A DNA stretch of 64,000 nt, taken from assembly GCA_037445065.1 (NCBI GenBank), contig JBBILD010000003.1, positions 160,001 through 224,000 of the forward strand, written 5' to 3'. Positions 30,501-39,745 of this stretch are shown piece after piece; position 1 is the first letter of the stretch; the number at the start of each line of letters is the position of its first letter. The DNA is from Myxococcales bacterium. GTDB lineage: Bacteria; Desulfobacterota; Binatia; HRBIN30. Below the pieces are notes generated by a model. That model did not search any database. It was not told the DNA's origin and was given only the letters and a program-made list of their open reading frames with translations. The position numbers and the translations under genes are program-made.

Positions 30501-31350
30501 GGACTTACTCGCGTGGCTTCGTGAGCGGTGGTTTGTGAGGCAACAACCCCCCATTCGGGCGGCTGAGTCAGTACCGCTGGCAATCGATCTTAAGGTGTAT
30601 TCCAGTGGCGGGGTGGCGATCCGGAATAACATTGCAGACGTTGAGCTTTGGGTGGACACGTGGTTGCGTGGGCCGGTTGCGGCTCCTCAACTGGGCGGTC
30701 GAATCGGAGTGCTTGGCGGCCAAGTGAGCTTTCAAGGTCGCTCGCTGGAGATCACGCAGGGAGTAATCGAGTTCTTGGACCCAAATAAGCCGGACCCTTG
30801 GATTCACATCGTGGCCGAAACCGAGGTGAGGTCCGGGACGAACGACTACTGGGTCACAGTGACTGTCGAGGGTCCGTCCAGTGCCGTAGCCGTACGGCTG
30901 GCGGCCGACGATCCCTCCTTGGCTGAAGACGACATCCTATCTTTGCTGCTTTTCGGGCGCCCGCGCGCTGAGTTACAGGCTGGCGCAGCAGGGGTGAGCC
31001 CGTTGGGCATGGCGATTCGGCTGGTGCCCGCGAGCTTGATCGAGCGCCCGATAACGGAGTTTCTCGGAGTCGATCGCTTCGAAGTGTCTGCAGCCCCCGG
31101 ACGGGACACTTCGGCGCTCGAGCCGCGCTTGACCGTCGGCAAGGCAATTACGGAGGAGTTGCTGGCTTCCGTGGTTTCAACGGTGGGCTTTCAGAGCCGG
31201 CAGTCAGTTCAGCTCGAATACCGGCTCGCCCGCCGTGTGTCGCTTCTGGGATCTTGGGAAAGCGGGACGACTGAAGCCGCGGGGGCTTTCGGAGTCGAGT
31301 TGAAGTTTCGCCTCGAGTCTTATCGAGTGCCGTTCTCGGTGTGCCAGTGA
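27532..31350 (+). CDS. TamB/AsmA-like translocation and assembly protein
   Basis: N-terminal TM, long beta-rich body, C-terminal DUF490-like region (L.G....P.L.G.I....G, DILSLLLFG, LTVGK); adjacent to an Omp85 gene. Confidence 0.8.
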   Translation: MSERRRLRRFVIAAATAALLALAVLVLFSSLRGYLERRVADWVREVLPRSCAVRILRLSMIPPQVGAGGVKCGGPFLEAEELQVWLDVASSLRNRELRFFVRAHGVLLDWRLEGAEDQSAGEVEIAGEAWGFPIVASFEVEGLAMRLPYPGLLDVDLSAQRAEGWIRVRPRWDRGEMQLAARFVRWQRGNAGINARELDAKVQWNMVAVQLEQLRVQGDAFSIAAQWDGVEKTLFRLHVPVLFVGAFLNLPEDFGGELEAEGSLEGSLLDPRVEAVVMLRNGVYRNRALDQFSTVLLRAGGLVSLERARGRFGEGDLSGEVLFSLTEPPWMQVALSFRCGHTTECEGIQLLGRTGPVVRPVAGELLAVGTLDPLGVEWSAGGEVSLGDRGEGQSYNLTWGADGHLDSDGVAAGGTLRGESLGTLGFQAHWRDNEVALFGEIETEQVRNLIAVFGARPALPAIEGRWKVVGQAEGPMSALAWRAHLLASSVRVGQQVMESLRCKASGLGRSWKVEECDFLQDSDKRLQLSLVAADNWTERIRMRARANAFSLDFVWPLVGSVVPLGNLVSGGVVTGAWEWPPARENRITIGSLRLLGEPIREAQIVLGPLGTLGQQVHAEIELLEAGKIVLSGQILADRDGRLEIKSDALDVSRLRLARDWQVAGRAEVTGEMDMQWPPEHGAFRFLIQGAGWRGWELGEVDAGVTIGEREWRLEAKALEGQVVLSSTVQPGGPLPFDLGVRLNVSRIVALERRGLSVALRGGASLRGQLAPWEVQRGELEFTNCELRRGFFTIRLSQPFVARFDEKEIAVPTVNFELPSGRASFSAFRSGRNRWEAKLRADADISWISGVFAEGLAVGGHVTIAVDLERDEGGDWRSSGEARLVQGSFERDGMPAINDAAVFVRLEETQVPQLRASGNLGRGRFDIHGRADLNDGPALVWEIHDVELEDLAGWEAVLEGRGTLNGGWDSLVWSGDLVIERAEYRADVGLLDLLAWLRERWFVRQQPPIRAAESVPLAIDLKVYSSGGVAIRNNIADVELWVDTWLRGPVAAPQLGGRIGVLGGQVSFQGRSLEITQGVIEFLDPNKPDPWIHIVAETEVRSGTNDYWVTVTVEGPSSAVAVRLAADDPSLAEDDILSLLLFGRPRAELQAGAAGVSPLGMAIRLVPASLIERPITEFLGVDRFEVSAAPGRDTSALEPRLTVGKAITEELLASVVSTVGFQSRQSVQLEYRLARRVSLLGSWESGTTEAAGAFGVELKFRLESYRVPFSVCQ

Positions 31351-34214
31351 GAGTCTTGGTGAGGCGGCCTCAGTCACTGCGCAACGACGCAGCGTCGCAG
31401 GCATGCTTTCTAGGGCTGATCCTGCTGGTGATCGCCCCCCATGTTGTGCGAGCAGCAGAGCCGATCGAGTCCGTGAGAGTCGAGGGAGTGCAGAGCTGGG
31501 AGCGACGTGATGTTGTGGATCGTTTGGGGACCTTACGGCGCCAAGGATGGGAAACTGGAATGGAGCAAGCCTGGCGCGATGCCCTGCTGGCGAGCGGCGT
31601 TTATCAGGACGTAGAAGTTCAAGCCCGCGAGGGAGTGAGAGGCATTGAGGTTGTGGTGTCCGTGCGCAAGCGGCAGCGAATCTCCGCCGTCGAGTTTGAG
31701 GGAAACCGCGCTTTAAGGACGAGTCGTTTGCAGCGCTCTGTTCGATTGCTGGAGGGGCAGGCGCCGGACCAAAAGATCTTGGAGGCAGGGCGAGCCCGCA
31801 TCTTGAAACTATACGCGGATGAAGGTTTTCCTGCCACCGCGGTGCAATTCCGCTTCGAACCGGTTGATGCCAATTTACTAAAAGTTCGTGTGAAAGTTGA
31901 CGAGGGACCTCAAGAACGAATCGCCTCGATCCACTGGATCGGGGACTGGCCGGGTACTCACACACAGTTGCAAGCATGGAGCGGACTCGAGCGAGGGCAG
32001 CCTTGGACTCGCAAGCGCCGGGACTCTGCCCGCAGGGCTCTAGAAGAACGGCTGCGAGAGCGCGGTTTTCTTGCCGCGGTCGTATCGCTGAAGGGGGAGC
32101 GGCTTGAAGACGGGGCGGTTGACGTCTTCGTGTCGGTGAAGCTCGGCCCTCGGTTCGAGGTACACTTCGAGGGGAACGGGGCTATCTCCCTCGGTCGTCT
32201 GAGGAAACTTTTCGAATCACGTAGAGGGCCCGTCGTGGGTGTGGGTTTCTGGGAACGACTTCGAAGCCGCATTCGCGACGAGTACGAGCAGGCAGGATAT
32301 CTAGGTGCCCAAGTTTCGTATGAAGTTGCGGCACCGGAGCCGCATCTCCGGTTAGTGACGTACCGGATCTTCGAAGGCCGCGCCATGCGGCTGTGCGGGG
32401 TAAGTTTTCAAGGCGTGAGGGAGATGCCGGAACGCGCGTTGCTGGACGCGATGGGGTCAGCCTGGAAGAGTTGGAAATTCTGGCGAAAACCTCGGCTGAC
32501 GACTCCGGCGCTGGAAGAAGCGTTACGCCGCATCTGGTTTCTTTACCACCGTTCGGGCTTCGTGGAGGCGCAGGTTTTAGACCGACACGTGGTCATCGAT
32601 TGGGAGCGGGGTTGCGTGTACCTCGGCGTACGGATTTTCGAAGGAACGCGGCTTGTCGTGCATGAGCTCGAGGTGCGAGAGTGGCCCGCGGCAGATCTTC
32701 GCGTGCCAAAGCTCGAGACTCGGATCGGTGAGCCATTGGATGAGGAAAAGCTCGAGCGAGACCGGGCTCTCCTGGAGCAGAGCTTAGTGGAGGCTGGGTA
32801 TCGGGAGGTCGCGGTGGACGGGGGGTGGAAGGTCCTCTCGCAAGAACTGCCGGCGCGAGTGGGGATTGAGTTCCGTGTGAAGGCTTACCCTCCAGCTTTT
32901 GCAAGGGAAGTTGTGGTAAAGGGCAACTTTGAGACACGGACCCGTTCGATCCTGCGGGCTGCGGGTCTCCAACCGAATCAGCGTGTTACGCCTGCTTCGT
33001 TGGCGCAGGCACGGGCGAGAGTTTCCAATCTGGGAGTGTTTCGGAACGTGGAGGTGCGGCTCGGCGAATTGCATCGGGAGGCAGCGAACCCGCTCGACGC
33101 GGGAATTGAGACTGGTGCGCAGCCCAGTACCCTGGTTCAGCGGGTGGCCATTACGGTGGACGAACGTCCGCCGTATTCGTTGAGCATGGGTGGTGGGTAC
33201 AGCACGCGAGACGGGTTCCGCGGTTTTTTTGAAGCAGCGCACGGGAACCTCGGGCATCGCGCAGTGCGGCTGGCGATCAGAGCAGACGCTGCACTGGATC
33301 CTGCCGAATCACTCCTGCCGAATGAATACTTGGGCGATTTGAGCTTAAGGATGCCACAGGCATTCGGCGCCGATTGGACATTTCGGGGCAACTTGCTTGC
33401 TCAGCGTTCGACCCGCTCGGTGGATCAGTTCAGCATCGAACGGTTAGCTTTTATCCCCGCCGTGGAATGGAAGGGCGCTCGCGGCGCGGTGGGCGGAATC
33501 GAGCTTCAAGCGGAAACTGCACGGATCTTTGACATTCGTCCGGATGTGCGAAATTTCAACCCCAGGGATGAGGGTCGCCTTTCAAGCCTTGGGCTCGGGC
33601 CGTTTTTTCTCCTCGACCGGCGTGATGATCCTTTCGCCCCGAGCAGCGGGTGGTCCCAAAATTGGCGCCTCCGAATCGTCCCAGACCTCCCAAACTCTGA
33701 TGTCCCTCTGATCAAGCTGCAATGGCAGCACAGTCATTACCTTCCGTTGGGAAGGGGCTGGAGTTTGGTAGCGAGCTTGCGGGCTGGTTGGGCTCGTACC
33801 CTAACTGGAGAGGTCGTGCCCCTTCGTGAACGGTTTTTTCTAGGCGGGCGTACGACGGTGCGTGGTTTTTCTGAGAACAGCATTGGACCGGTGGGCGCAC
33901 CGATTCTGGACTCATTTGGCCGAATTGTTTTCCCCGGGGGTAGCCCTCTCGGCGGCGATGTCTCTTTGAATTCGAACTTTGAGCTGCGCTTCCCGTTAGT
34001 GGGAGAGGCCTTGGGAGTCCTGTTTGCGGATGGGGGCGGGGTGTACCTCCAGAGTCGCGGAGTGGACTTGAGCGGTTATCGGCGCTCGGCTGGGGTTGGG
34101 TTGCTCTATCGGACACCCGTTGGTCCGCTTGCGTTGCACTGGGGTTTTAAGCTGGACCGGCGCCCAGGTGAGGACGTAGATCGGAAGAGCATCTCAATTG
34201 GCGCGCCGTTTTAG
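31341..34214 (+). CDS. Omp85 family outer-membrane protein (BamA/TamA-like) with multiple POTRA domains
   Basis: POTRA repeats (FEGN, Y...G[FY]), DRRDDPF.P..G, FFLGG.TTVRGF, ELRFP, TPVGP, C-terminal F. Start uncertain. Confidence 0.9.
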   Translation: MPVRVLVRRPQSLRNDAASQACFLGLILLVIAPHVVRAAEPIESVRVEGVQSWERRDVVDRLGTLRRQGWETGMEQAWRDALLASGVYQDVEVQAREGVRGIEVVVSVRKRQRISAVEFEGNRALRTSRLQRSVRLLEGQAPDQKILEAGRARILKLYADEGFPATAVQFRFEPVDANLLKVRVKVDEGPQERIASIHWIGDWPGTHTQLQAWSGLERGQPWTRKRRDSARRALEERLRERGFLAAVVSLKGERLEDGAVDVFVSVKLGPRFEVHFEGNGAISLGRLRKLFESRRGPVVGVGFWERLRSRIRDEYEQAGYLGAQVSYEVAAPEPHLRLVTYRIFEGRAMRLCGVSFQGVREMPERALLDAMGSAWKSWKFWRKPRLTTPALEEALRRIWFLYHRSGFVEAQVLDRHVVIDWERGCVYLGVRIFEGTRLVVHELEVREWPAADLRVPKLETRIGEPLDEEKLERDRALLEQSLVEAGYREVAVDGGWKVLSQELPARVGIEFRVKAYPPAFAREVVVKGNFETRTRSILRAAGLQPNQRVTPASLAQARARVSNLGVFRNVEVRLGELHREAANPLDAGIETGAQPSTLVQRVAITVDERPPYSLSMGGGYSTRDGFRGFFEAAHGNLGHRAVRLAIRADAALDPAESLLPNEYLGDLSLRMPQAFGADWTFRGNLLAQRSTRSVDQFSIERLAFIPAVEWKGARGAVGGIELQAETARIFDIRPDVRNFNPRDEGRLSSLGLGPFFLLDRRDDPFAPSSGWSQNWRLRIVPDLPNSDVPLIKLQWQHSHYLPLGRGWSLVASLRAGWARTLTGEVVPLRERFFLGGRTTVRGFSENSIGPVGAPILDSFGRIVFPGGSPLGGDVSLNSNFELRFPLVGEALGVLFADGGGVYLQSRGVDLSGYRRSAGVGLLYRTPVGPLALHWGFKLDRRPGEDVDRKSISIGAPF
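34178..34191 (+). other. Exact Illumina TruSeq adapter core AGATCGGAAGAGCA inside the CDS (probable assembly artefact)
   Basis: Sequence ...gacgt AGATCGGAAGAGCA tctca...; produces the atypical barrel end DVDRKSISIGAPF. Confidence 0.75.
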
Positions 34215-35569
34215 GACGAAGAAATCACTGCAGAATCGTCGGTGGATTCTCGCTTACGGATCGGACCTTCGATGCGAATCTTGCGGAGTCTCCGTCCTTC
34301 CAACACGACGACGGTCATTTTAAACGGGCCCTCGACAATCGCCTCGCCGCCTTTTGGGAAACGTTTCAGTTTCGCCAGAACTAAGCCGGCGACTGTCCGG
34401 TAATCAGGGGTGCTGCGAAACGGCAGGTCGTAACGGGCTGTGAGCTCATCCAGTGGTAGAGAGCCGTGTACTAGGAGGGAGCCGTCCGGCATTTCTTGCA
34501 CGGGCTGCTCTTCATCGGTGTCGAATTCGTCGCGAATTTCGCCGACGATCTCTTCGAGCAGGTCTTCGATTGTTACCAGGCCGACGACGGTTCCAAATTC
34601 GTTTACAACGATTGCCATGTGCAGGTGCCGAGCCTGCAGTTCTCGCAGTAAGTCGCTGATTTGCATGGAATCCGGAACGAACAAGGGTGGGTGGGCCAGG
34701 GCTCGAAGCGGCCTCGTTTGAGCGCTCTGCAGTTCGCGGATTACGTCTTTGAGATGCAAGATTCCGACTACGTGGTCCAGATCGTCGTGAAAAAGGGGTA
34801 GACGCGAGAATCCGGTATCTAAATAGAGCTGCATTGCTTCATGAAGGCTGGCGTCTTCACGGACCGCTACGATTTCCGAGCGGGGTACCATGACCTCCCT
34901 AACAGAGGTGTCCGCGAACTCGAATACGCTGTGGATTAGCTGTCTCTCCGCCTCGTCGAACACGCCCTGGCGGGCACCCTCCTGAACAATGTGCTTGACC
35001 TCCTCTTCTGAAAAGAGCACCTCCCGTGTTTCTTCAGGAGCACCGAGCAATCGGAGCAAGGCGTTCGTCGAAAGAGTTAAGGCTCGCACCAGTGGCTGAG
35101 ACACGCGGGCCACGAGGTGAATCATGCGCACGGTGAGGAAGGCGAACCGTTCCGGGCTCCGGAGGGCCAGAGATTTCGGCACGAGTTCGCCGACGACCAA
35201 GGACAGATAAGAAATAACGCTCACCGTAACGGCTAGGGCAAGCGTCTCGCTCGCTGCGTCAAGAGGACTGGGCAATAGTTTAGCGAGAAGGGGAGCGAGG
35301 CGAGTTGCCGCGATGGCCCCCGCTAGGACCGAGGCCATAGAGCCTAGAATGGTGACGCCAACCTGCACCGTGGCAAGAAACCGGGAGGGGTCGTGCTTTA
35401 GCTGAAGAATCAAGGCGGCTGTGGTTTTTTCCGACTGTGGTGCCTGCAAGAGCCGGCTTTCCCGGAGGCTGATGATTGCGATCTCTGCAGCGGAGAAGAA
35501 GCCGTTCAGCAAGATCAGCACGAGGATAGCGAGCAGGGGAAGCAAGAGGCCAGTGGAAGTCAGGGCCAT
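34211..35569 (-). CDS. CNNM/DUF21-CBS-CorC domain protein (hemolysin family, Mg/Co transport-associated)
   Basis: NGFFSAAE.A, GELVPK, VMVPR, FSRLP, VV.EFG..GLVT.ED.LEEIVGEI.DE.D. Confidence 0.93.
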   Translation of the reverse strand: MALTSTGLLLPLLAILVLILLNGFFSAAEIAIISLRESRLLQAPQSEKTTAALILQLKHDPSRFLATVQVGVTILGSMASVLAGAIAATRLAPLLAKLLPSPLDAASETLALAVTVSVISYLSLVVGELVPKSLALRSPERFAFLTVRMIHLVARVSQPLVRALTLSTNALLRLLGAPEETREVLFSEEEVKHIVQEGARQGVFDEAERQLIHSVFEFADTSVREVMVPRSEIVAVREDASLHEAMQLYLDTGFSRLPLFHDDLDHVVGILHLKDVIRELQSAQTRPLRALAHPPLFVPDSMQISDLLRELQARHLHMAIVVNEFGTVVGLVTIEDLLEEIVGEIRDEFDTDEEQPVQEMPDGSLLVHGSLPLDELTARYDLPFRSTPDYRTVAGLVLAKLKRFPKGGEAIVEGPFKMTVVVLEGRRLRKIRIEGPIRKRESTDDSAVISSS

Positions 35570-35593
35570 GAGACAAACCTGGCTTGGCTTCGC

Positions 35594-36904
35594 TCAGTGG
35601 GCAGAGTTTAAACGAGGCGGCTCCCCACGGGCGACGTGCTTCGTAAAAAAGGAATCGAGTGGTTTGCCGGCCACCATGGAGCTCAGCGATTGAAACCGTT
35701 TTGAGGTTAGGAGACCCTGTGTTTGCGCAAGGAGCGCCACCACGTCATCTAGGCGCCGTGTTCCACCTGTCGATTTGAGGATGCGCTGATCGAGCACGTG
35801 CATCAGCAGAGGAGCACTATTGTTGGTGGCGGCATTGTCCCGTTGCTGCCGCAGGTCGACGTTCCACAGGCCATAACGGTGGAAGGATCGGAGCGCCTGA
35901 TTGTACGTTTTGCTGTCGATGAGCCCTGCGCGACGTTGCAGCTCCACTGAGTAAAACTCGGCCAACCCTTCGACGATCCAGTCAGCGTCTTGCGCGGGAC
36001 GGAAGGGCTGCAAGACATGAAAGAGTTCGTGCAAAACAGGGGAAGTCCGATCAACGTCCCGTAATGGACGGTCTCCGTGTAAAAAGAAGGAGTTGCGCCC
36101 GCTGATTCCTCCACGCCACATCGGGTCCGGCGCCGAGACGAGCAATAACTTTTGCGCTACTCTCGCGCGCTGGCTGCCGCTCAAGAGTTTCAACAGCGGC
36201 GGCAACGTGGCATCCAAAAATGTGAAGGTGGACTCTGCATCCAACTGGGAGCCCGGCACGCGTGCAATTTCGATGCGCACCCCGGCCACGTCTCTCTCGT
36301 CGGACTTTACGTGCCCTAACGCAAACCACCCACGTGGGACGGGTAGCCCCTTGCCAGGAGGAAGCCGGAAGGATTCAGCGGTTTCGACCGGGTATGCAGT
36401 GGTGGCAACCCATCCTCTGGGTAACCGGAATCTGATCGTCGCTTGCACGTCGCTACGAGAGTTGTGAAAGGAGAGCACGCGCTCCCGATACGCTATTTGT
36501 GCGCGCGGAAACAAGATGCGGCCACGAGTGACAATCCAGTTAGGGCCGGCGTAACTGTCATACTGATGCCTGCCGCCACGGTGTTGATTGACCTCGACCC
36601 GGTACGTAAGGTGCCCGTAGGGTCCGGAAAGTCGCCACTTCCATACCTGGTCTTCGTGGGTCAACACTCCGGAGGAGGATGGGCTCCTGAGTCTGCCCTC
36701 AGCGTCAGGCAACCTGATCTCCCGGATTTCGTCAGCGCCTACGAACTCCCACCTGACGACTAGCTCACTCGCTCCCGGACGAGGTACGGTTACGGTGTAG
36801 TAGGCCGAGAACGTCGCGTGCGCTGGCCGCACGAACAAAGCCGCGTCGCGACTACCGCTAAGGATGAAAAGGAGAACGGGGGTAAATCTCGCGAGGCGCT
36901 TCAC
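35594..36904 (-). CDS. Exported gluzincin metallopeptidase (M61/M1-like)
   Basis: Signal-like N-terminus, HELFH followed by WIVEGLAEFY, LD..I...T.G.R.LDDV. Confidence 0.7.
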   Translation of the reverse strand: MKRLARFTPVLLFILSGSRDAALFVRPAHATFSAYYTVTVPRPGASELVVRWEFVGADEIREIRLPDAEGRLRSPSSSGVLTHEDQVWKWRLSGPYGHLTYRVEVNQHRGGRHQYDSYAGPNWIVTRGRILFPRAQIAYRERVLSFHNSRSDVQATIRFRLPRGWVATTAYPVETAESFRLPPGKGLPVPRGWFALGHVKSDERDVAGVRIEIARVPGSQLDAESTFTFLDATLPPLLKLLSGSQRARVAQKLLLVSAPDPMWRGGISGRNSFFLHGDRPLRDVDRTSPVLHELFHVLQPFRPAQDADWIVEGLAEFYSVELQRRAGLIDSKTYNQALRSFHRYGLWNVDLRQQRDNAATNNSAPLLMHVLDQRILKSTGGTRRLDDVVALLAQTQGLLTSKRFQSLSSMVAGKPLDSFFTKHVARGEPPRLNSAH

Positions 36905-36911
36905 GTTGAAA

Positions 36912-37505
36912 TCACTCGTTTTTCGATGGCAATGAGGTGCCGAACGGATCTACCTTGGTTCCAGCGACTCCCGCAGATCCACCTTCCCGCAAAAGTGTTT
37001 GGAAAAAGTCGAGCAGCTCCTTGGAGTCCCACTCTTGCGGTCCAACGAGGTGACGGACAATCCTTCCGGCCGAGTCGATGACAAACGTCTCCGGGTAGCC
37101 CGTCACCCCGAACAGCTTAGGGAGGCGCATTTGCGGGTCCAGCGCTACCAAGAACGAAATCGAGTGAGCATCCACGACGGAACGAACGTTCGCCGCGTCC
37201 TCATCAACGCTGACTGCGATCAAAACTAGACCTTCAGGCGCCAGCCTCCTGTGTAAACGCTCCATGGAGGGAAGTTCTTCGCGACATGGTGGACACCACG
37301 TCGCCCAAAAATTCAGGAGTACAACGGAACCCTGTAATTGGTGTAGTTGGATGAGCTTCCCATCCAGCGTCCGCACAGAGAAGTCGGGGGCCTCGAAGCG
37401 GGAGGGAGTGGCAGACTGCTGTCTGATGAGCAGCACCAGGGACAACACCAATCCTAGGAGCAGAAACCCAGCAGCAAGCCATTGGCTCTTGGCCGGCGAC
37501 GTCAC
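36912..37505 (-). CDS. TlpA/ResA-like membrane-anchored thiol:disulfide oxidoreductase
   Basis: TM anchor, APDF, LNFWATWCPPCREE.P, PETFVID. GTGA overlap with the lgt stop. Confidence 0.92.
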   Translation of the reverse strand: MTSPAKSQWLAAGFLLLGLVLSLVLLIRQQSATPSRFEAPDFSVRTLDGKLIQLHQLQGSVVLLNFWATWCPPCREELPSMERLHRRLAPEGLVLIAVSVDEDAANVRSVVDAHSISFLVALDPQMRLPKLFGVTGYPETFVIDSAGRIVRHLVGPQEWDSKELLDFFQTLLREGGSAGVAGTKVDPFGTSLPSKNE

Positions 37506-38284
37506 GTTCTTCCCGACATTCGTACAGGATCGCCTTGCAAGCGAGCCCAGACAAGATGCGCGGCTGCAGCGAATGCCAAGGCGATGCTGATCAATTGGGC
37601 GAGGGACAAGCCCAGTGCAATGGCAGGGTTGATACGTAGGAATTCGATGAAGAAGCGAGCGATCGCTGCGAGAAAAAGGTACGAGGAGAAAAGCATCCCA
37701 TCTGCCCGAGGGTGGCGTCGCTGAATCCACAGGAAGACGAAAATGGCTCCGTAAGCAGCGGCTTCGTACAAGGGAGTCGGGTGGACTAGGACGCCTTCCG
37801 GGTGCGGCCAGCCCACGATCGCGTTTCGGTAGGCGACTCCCCAAGGCAGAGTGGTGACTTTGCCCCAGTCACCATCTCCTGCGAGGTGGCAACCAATCCG
37901 ACCGATTGCATGACCCAACGGGATCGCCGGGGCGGCGCAGTTAAACACGTCAAGCACTGACAGCCGTTGCCGCTTGATCCAAACGACCGCGGCCAAAATC
38001 CCTCCGAAAAAACCCCCGTACCAAACGAATCCCGACCCCGAGAGCAAAAAGTGGAGCGGACTGCGTAGGAACGATTGCGGGTTTTCGAGTACCAAAAATG
38101 CTCTAGCCCCTAACAAACCGCCGATGGCAGCCCAAACGGCTAGGCTCCAGGCCAGGTCTGCGTTCATACTATGGCGGGCAAATTCCTTGGCGGTCAAGAA
38201 CCCCGACACCAGGAAAGCGAGAGCCATCATTAGGCCGAATGAGTAAATGGTCAGCGGGCCGATTTGAAAAATCACCGGATACAT
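37502..38284 (-). CDS. lgt: Prolipoprotein diacylglyceryl transferase
   Basis: MYPV.F.IGP, GAR, WYGG, GRIGC...G, HPTPLYE, RFFIEFLR. Confidence 0.95.
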   Translation of the reverse strand: MYPVIFQIGPLTIYSFGLMMALAFLVSGFLTAKEFARHSMNADLAWSLAVWAAIGGLLGARAFLVLENPQSFLRSPLHFLLSGSGFVWYGGFFGGILAAVVWIKRQRLSVLDVFNCAAPAIPLGHAIGRIGCHLAGDGDWGKVTTLPWGVAYRNAIVGWPHPEGVLVHPTPLYEAAAYGAIFVFLWIQRRHPRADGMLFSSYLFLAAIARFFIEFLRINPAIALGLSLAQLISIALAFAAAAHLVWARLQGDPVRMSGRT

Positions 38285-38635
38285 GGCCGTAAATACGTGT
38301 CTCTCTAGTGGACTCGTTAGACAGCTTCCAGGTGGGGTTCTTCGCCTTGTGCCTCGATCGCCCGCTCGGAGCCGCCGGGAATACCGGTGCCAGATGAAGA
38401 GCTTGAAGACGCGTGATCGGCCAAACGTGCACACGACGACTGCGGTTGACCGCGGGGAGGGTTGCTGCGATCAAAGCAGGAGAGTGTAGTATTTGGCTGG
38501 CGAAGCCCCGCCGCACCATGATTGGCGGGCCCAGCGAGCGTGAGCGATCGCATAGTGCTCTGCGGTCCCGCCCGTGGTCTTCGGGGACCGGTTGACAGGA
38601 CGTCCTCTGTGCCCTTAACAGACTGATGTATCGGA

Positions 38636-39070
38636 GTGGAAAATCTCATGCGGATGGTCCTGCCTTCACGGAGAGAACGGCAAGCCATCTTGAAGGCGCT
38701 GGAGGACTTTTTCGAAACCCACCGGCAAAGCTTCTTTGATCAGGCGGTGCGCTCTCTTTGCCGCTTTTACCGTCTGAAGCGCCCAAAGGTGGAATGGTTC
38801 GAATACATCGATTGGGGACGAGTGGTTGGAAAGACTTACGAAGACGGGAAAATCCACTTGGTTCATCCTGAAAACTGGAAGAACGGCCGCAAGTACAACT
38901 CACGAAAACAGTGGGTTGATGCGGTGTTTCACGAGTTTGGTCACTACGTCTTTTGGGCGGACGCGGAACGTAAAGCGGATTTGTTCGCAAAACGCATGCT
39001 AAGCGGCATTGTGCGCCCAAGCCGTCGTGCATATCGAGGCGACAGAACGGGCAGCGTGCGCAGCCGCTAA
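38636..39070 (+). CDS. Small zincin-like metallopeptidase (HExxH...E..A..FA, ImmA/IrrE-like motif)
   Basis: HEFGHYVFWADAERKADLFA; TTGACA at 38592 upstream. Confidence 0.65.
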   Translation: MENLMRMVLPSRRERQAILKALEDFFETHRQSFFDQAVRSLCRFYRLKRPKVEWFEYIDWGRVVGKTYEDGKIHLVHPENWKNGRKYNSRKQWVDAVFHEFGHYVFWADAERKADLFAKRMLSGIVRPSRRAYRGDRTGSVRSR

Positions 39071-39095
39071 GCATATGACGGAACGGGGGAGCATC

Positions 39096-39647
39096 ATGGA
39101 CTCGCAAAACCAATTGGGTAGTAAGTGGTGGGTCGATACTGGACGGACGGATCGGCCCCCCGCAAAGCCGGGAATAGCAGGTAGTACGTCACTGGCCGGA
39201 ATGCGATTTTACAAAGTGGCCGACGGCTTTGAGCAAGAGAGCGCTCGGGAAAAGTTGACGGACAACAACCTGAAAGTCTTGCTTTCTGCCTCTCCGGAAC
39301 CCGGCACTTGGAAAGAGGTCGCCTTGGTACCGCATAAACGCGCACCGAAGAGGGAAGTTGCAAGAGTGATTGACAGTGTTGCACTGCCGGCGTATGCGCG
39401 TGGAGTGATCGTCGACTGCGGCCAAGTCTTACGGTTGCTCGTTACAGGGACACCCATCGGCGAGCGCATTTTGGAACTCGCCCTTGTCGAGCCGCCTTCT
39501 TTTGATGCGTGGGTTGAGGATGAGTGGGTTGAGGAGCGATTGTTTCCCGGGCGCAGGCGAGCCTTACGCGAATTTCGTCAGCTCATTCGTGACTATTTGT
39601 CCCCAGACGCCATCGCCCTTCAAAAGAGCATTGCACCCGCCGTGTGA
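39096..39647 (+). CDS. Hypothetical protein
   Basis: GGGGAG SD before ATG 39096; directly follows the peptidase gene. Confidence 0.65.
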   Translation: MDSQNQLGSKWWVDTGRTDRPPAKPGIAGSTSLAGMRFYKVADGFEQESAREKLTDNNLKVLLSASPEPGTWKEVALVPHKRAPKREVARVIDSVALPAYARGVIVDCGQVLRLLVTGTPIGERILELALVEPPSFDAWVEDEWVEERLFPGRRRALREFRQLIRDYLSPDAIALQKSIAPAV

Positions 39648-39745
39648 AGATTGGAACCTTCTTCATGCTAAGTTGCTCCCACTCGACCGGATTTAATTCG
39701 CGTCGGCCACAGGCCTGTGCTGTCAGAAGTCGGCGGCTTTGAAGC

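Noticed and set aside
34211..35569. Hemolysin as a virulence toxin
   Set aside because: DUF21-CBS-CorC architecture indicates a CNNM-type metal homeostasis protein; the name is historical.
38290..38520. Possible small frameshifted gene upstream of lgt
   Set aside because: No recognisable motif; any reconstruction would be arbitrary.
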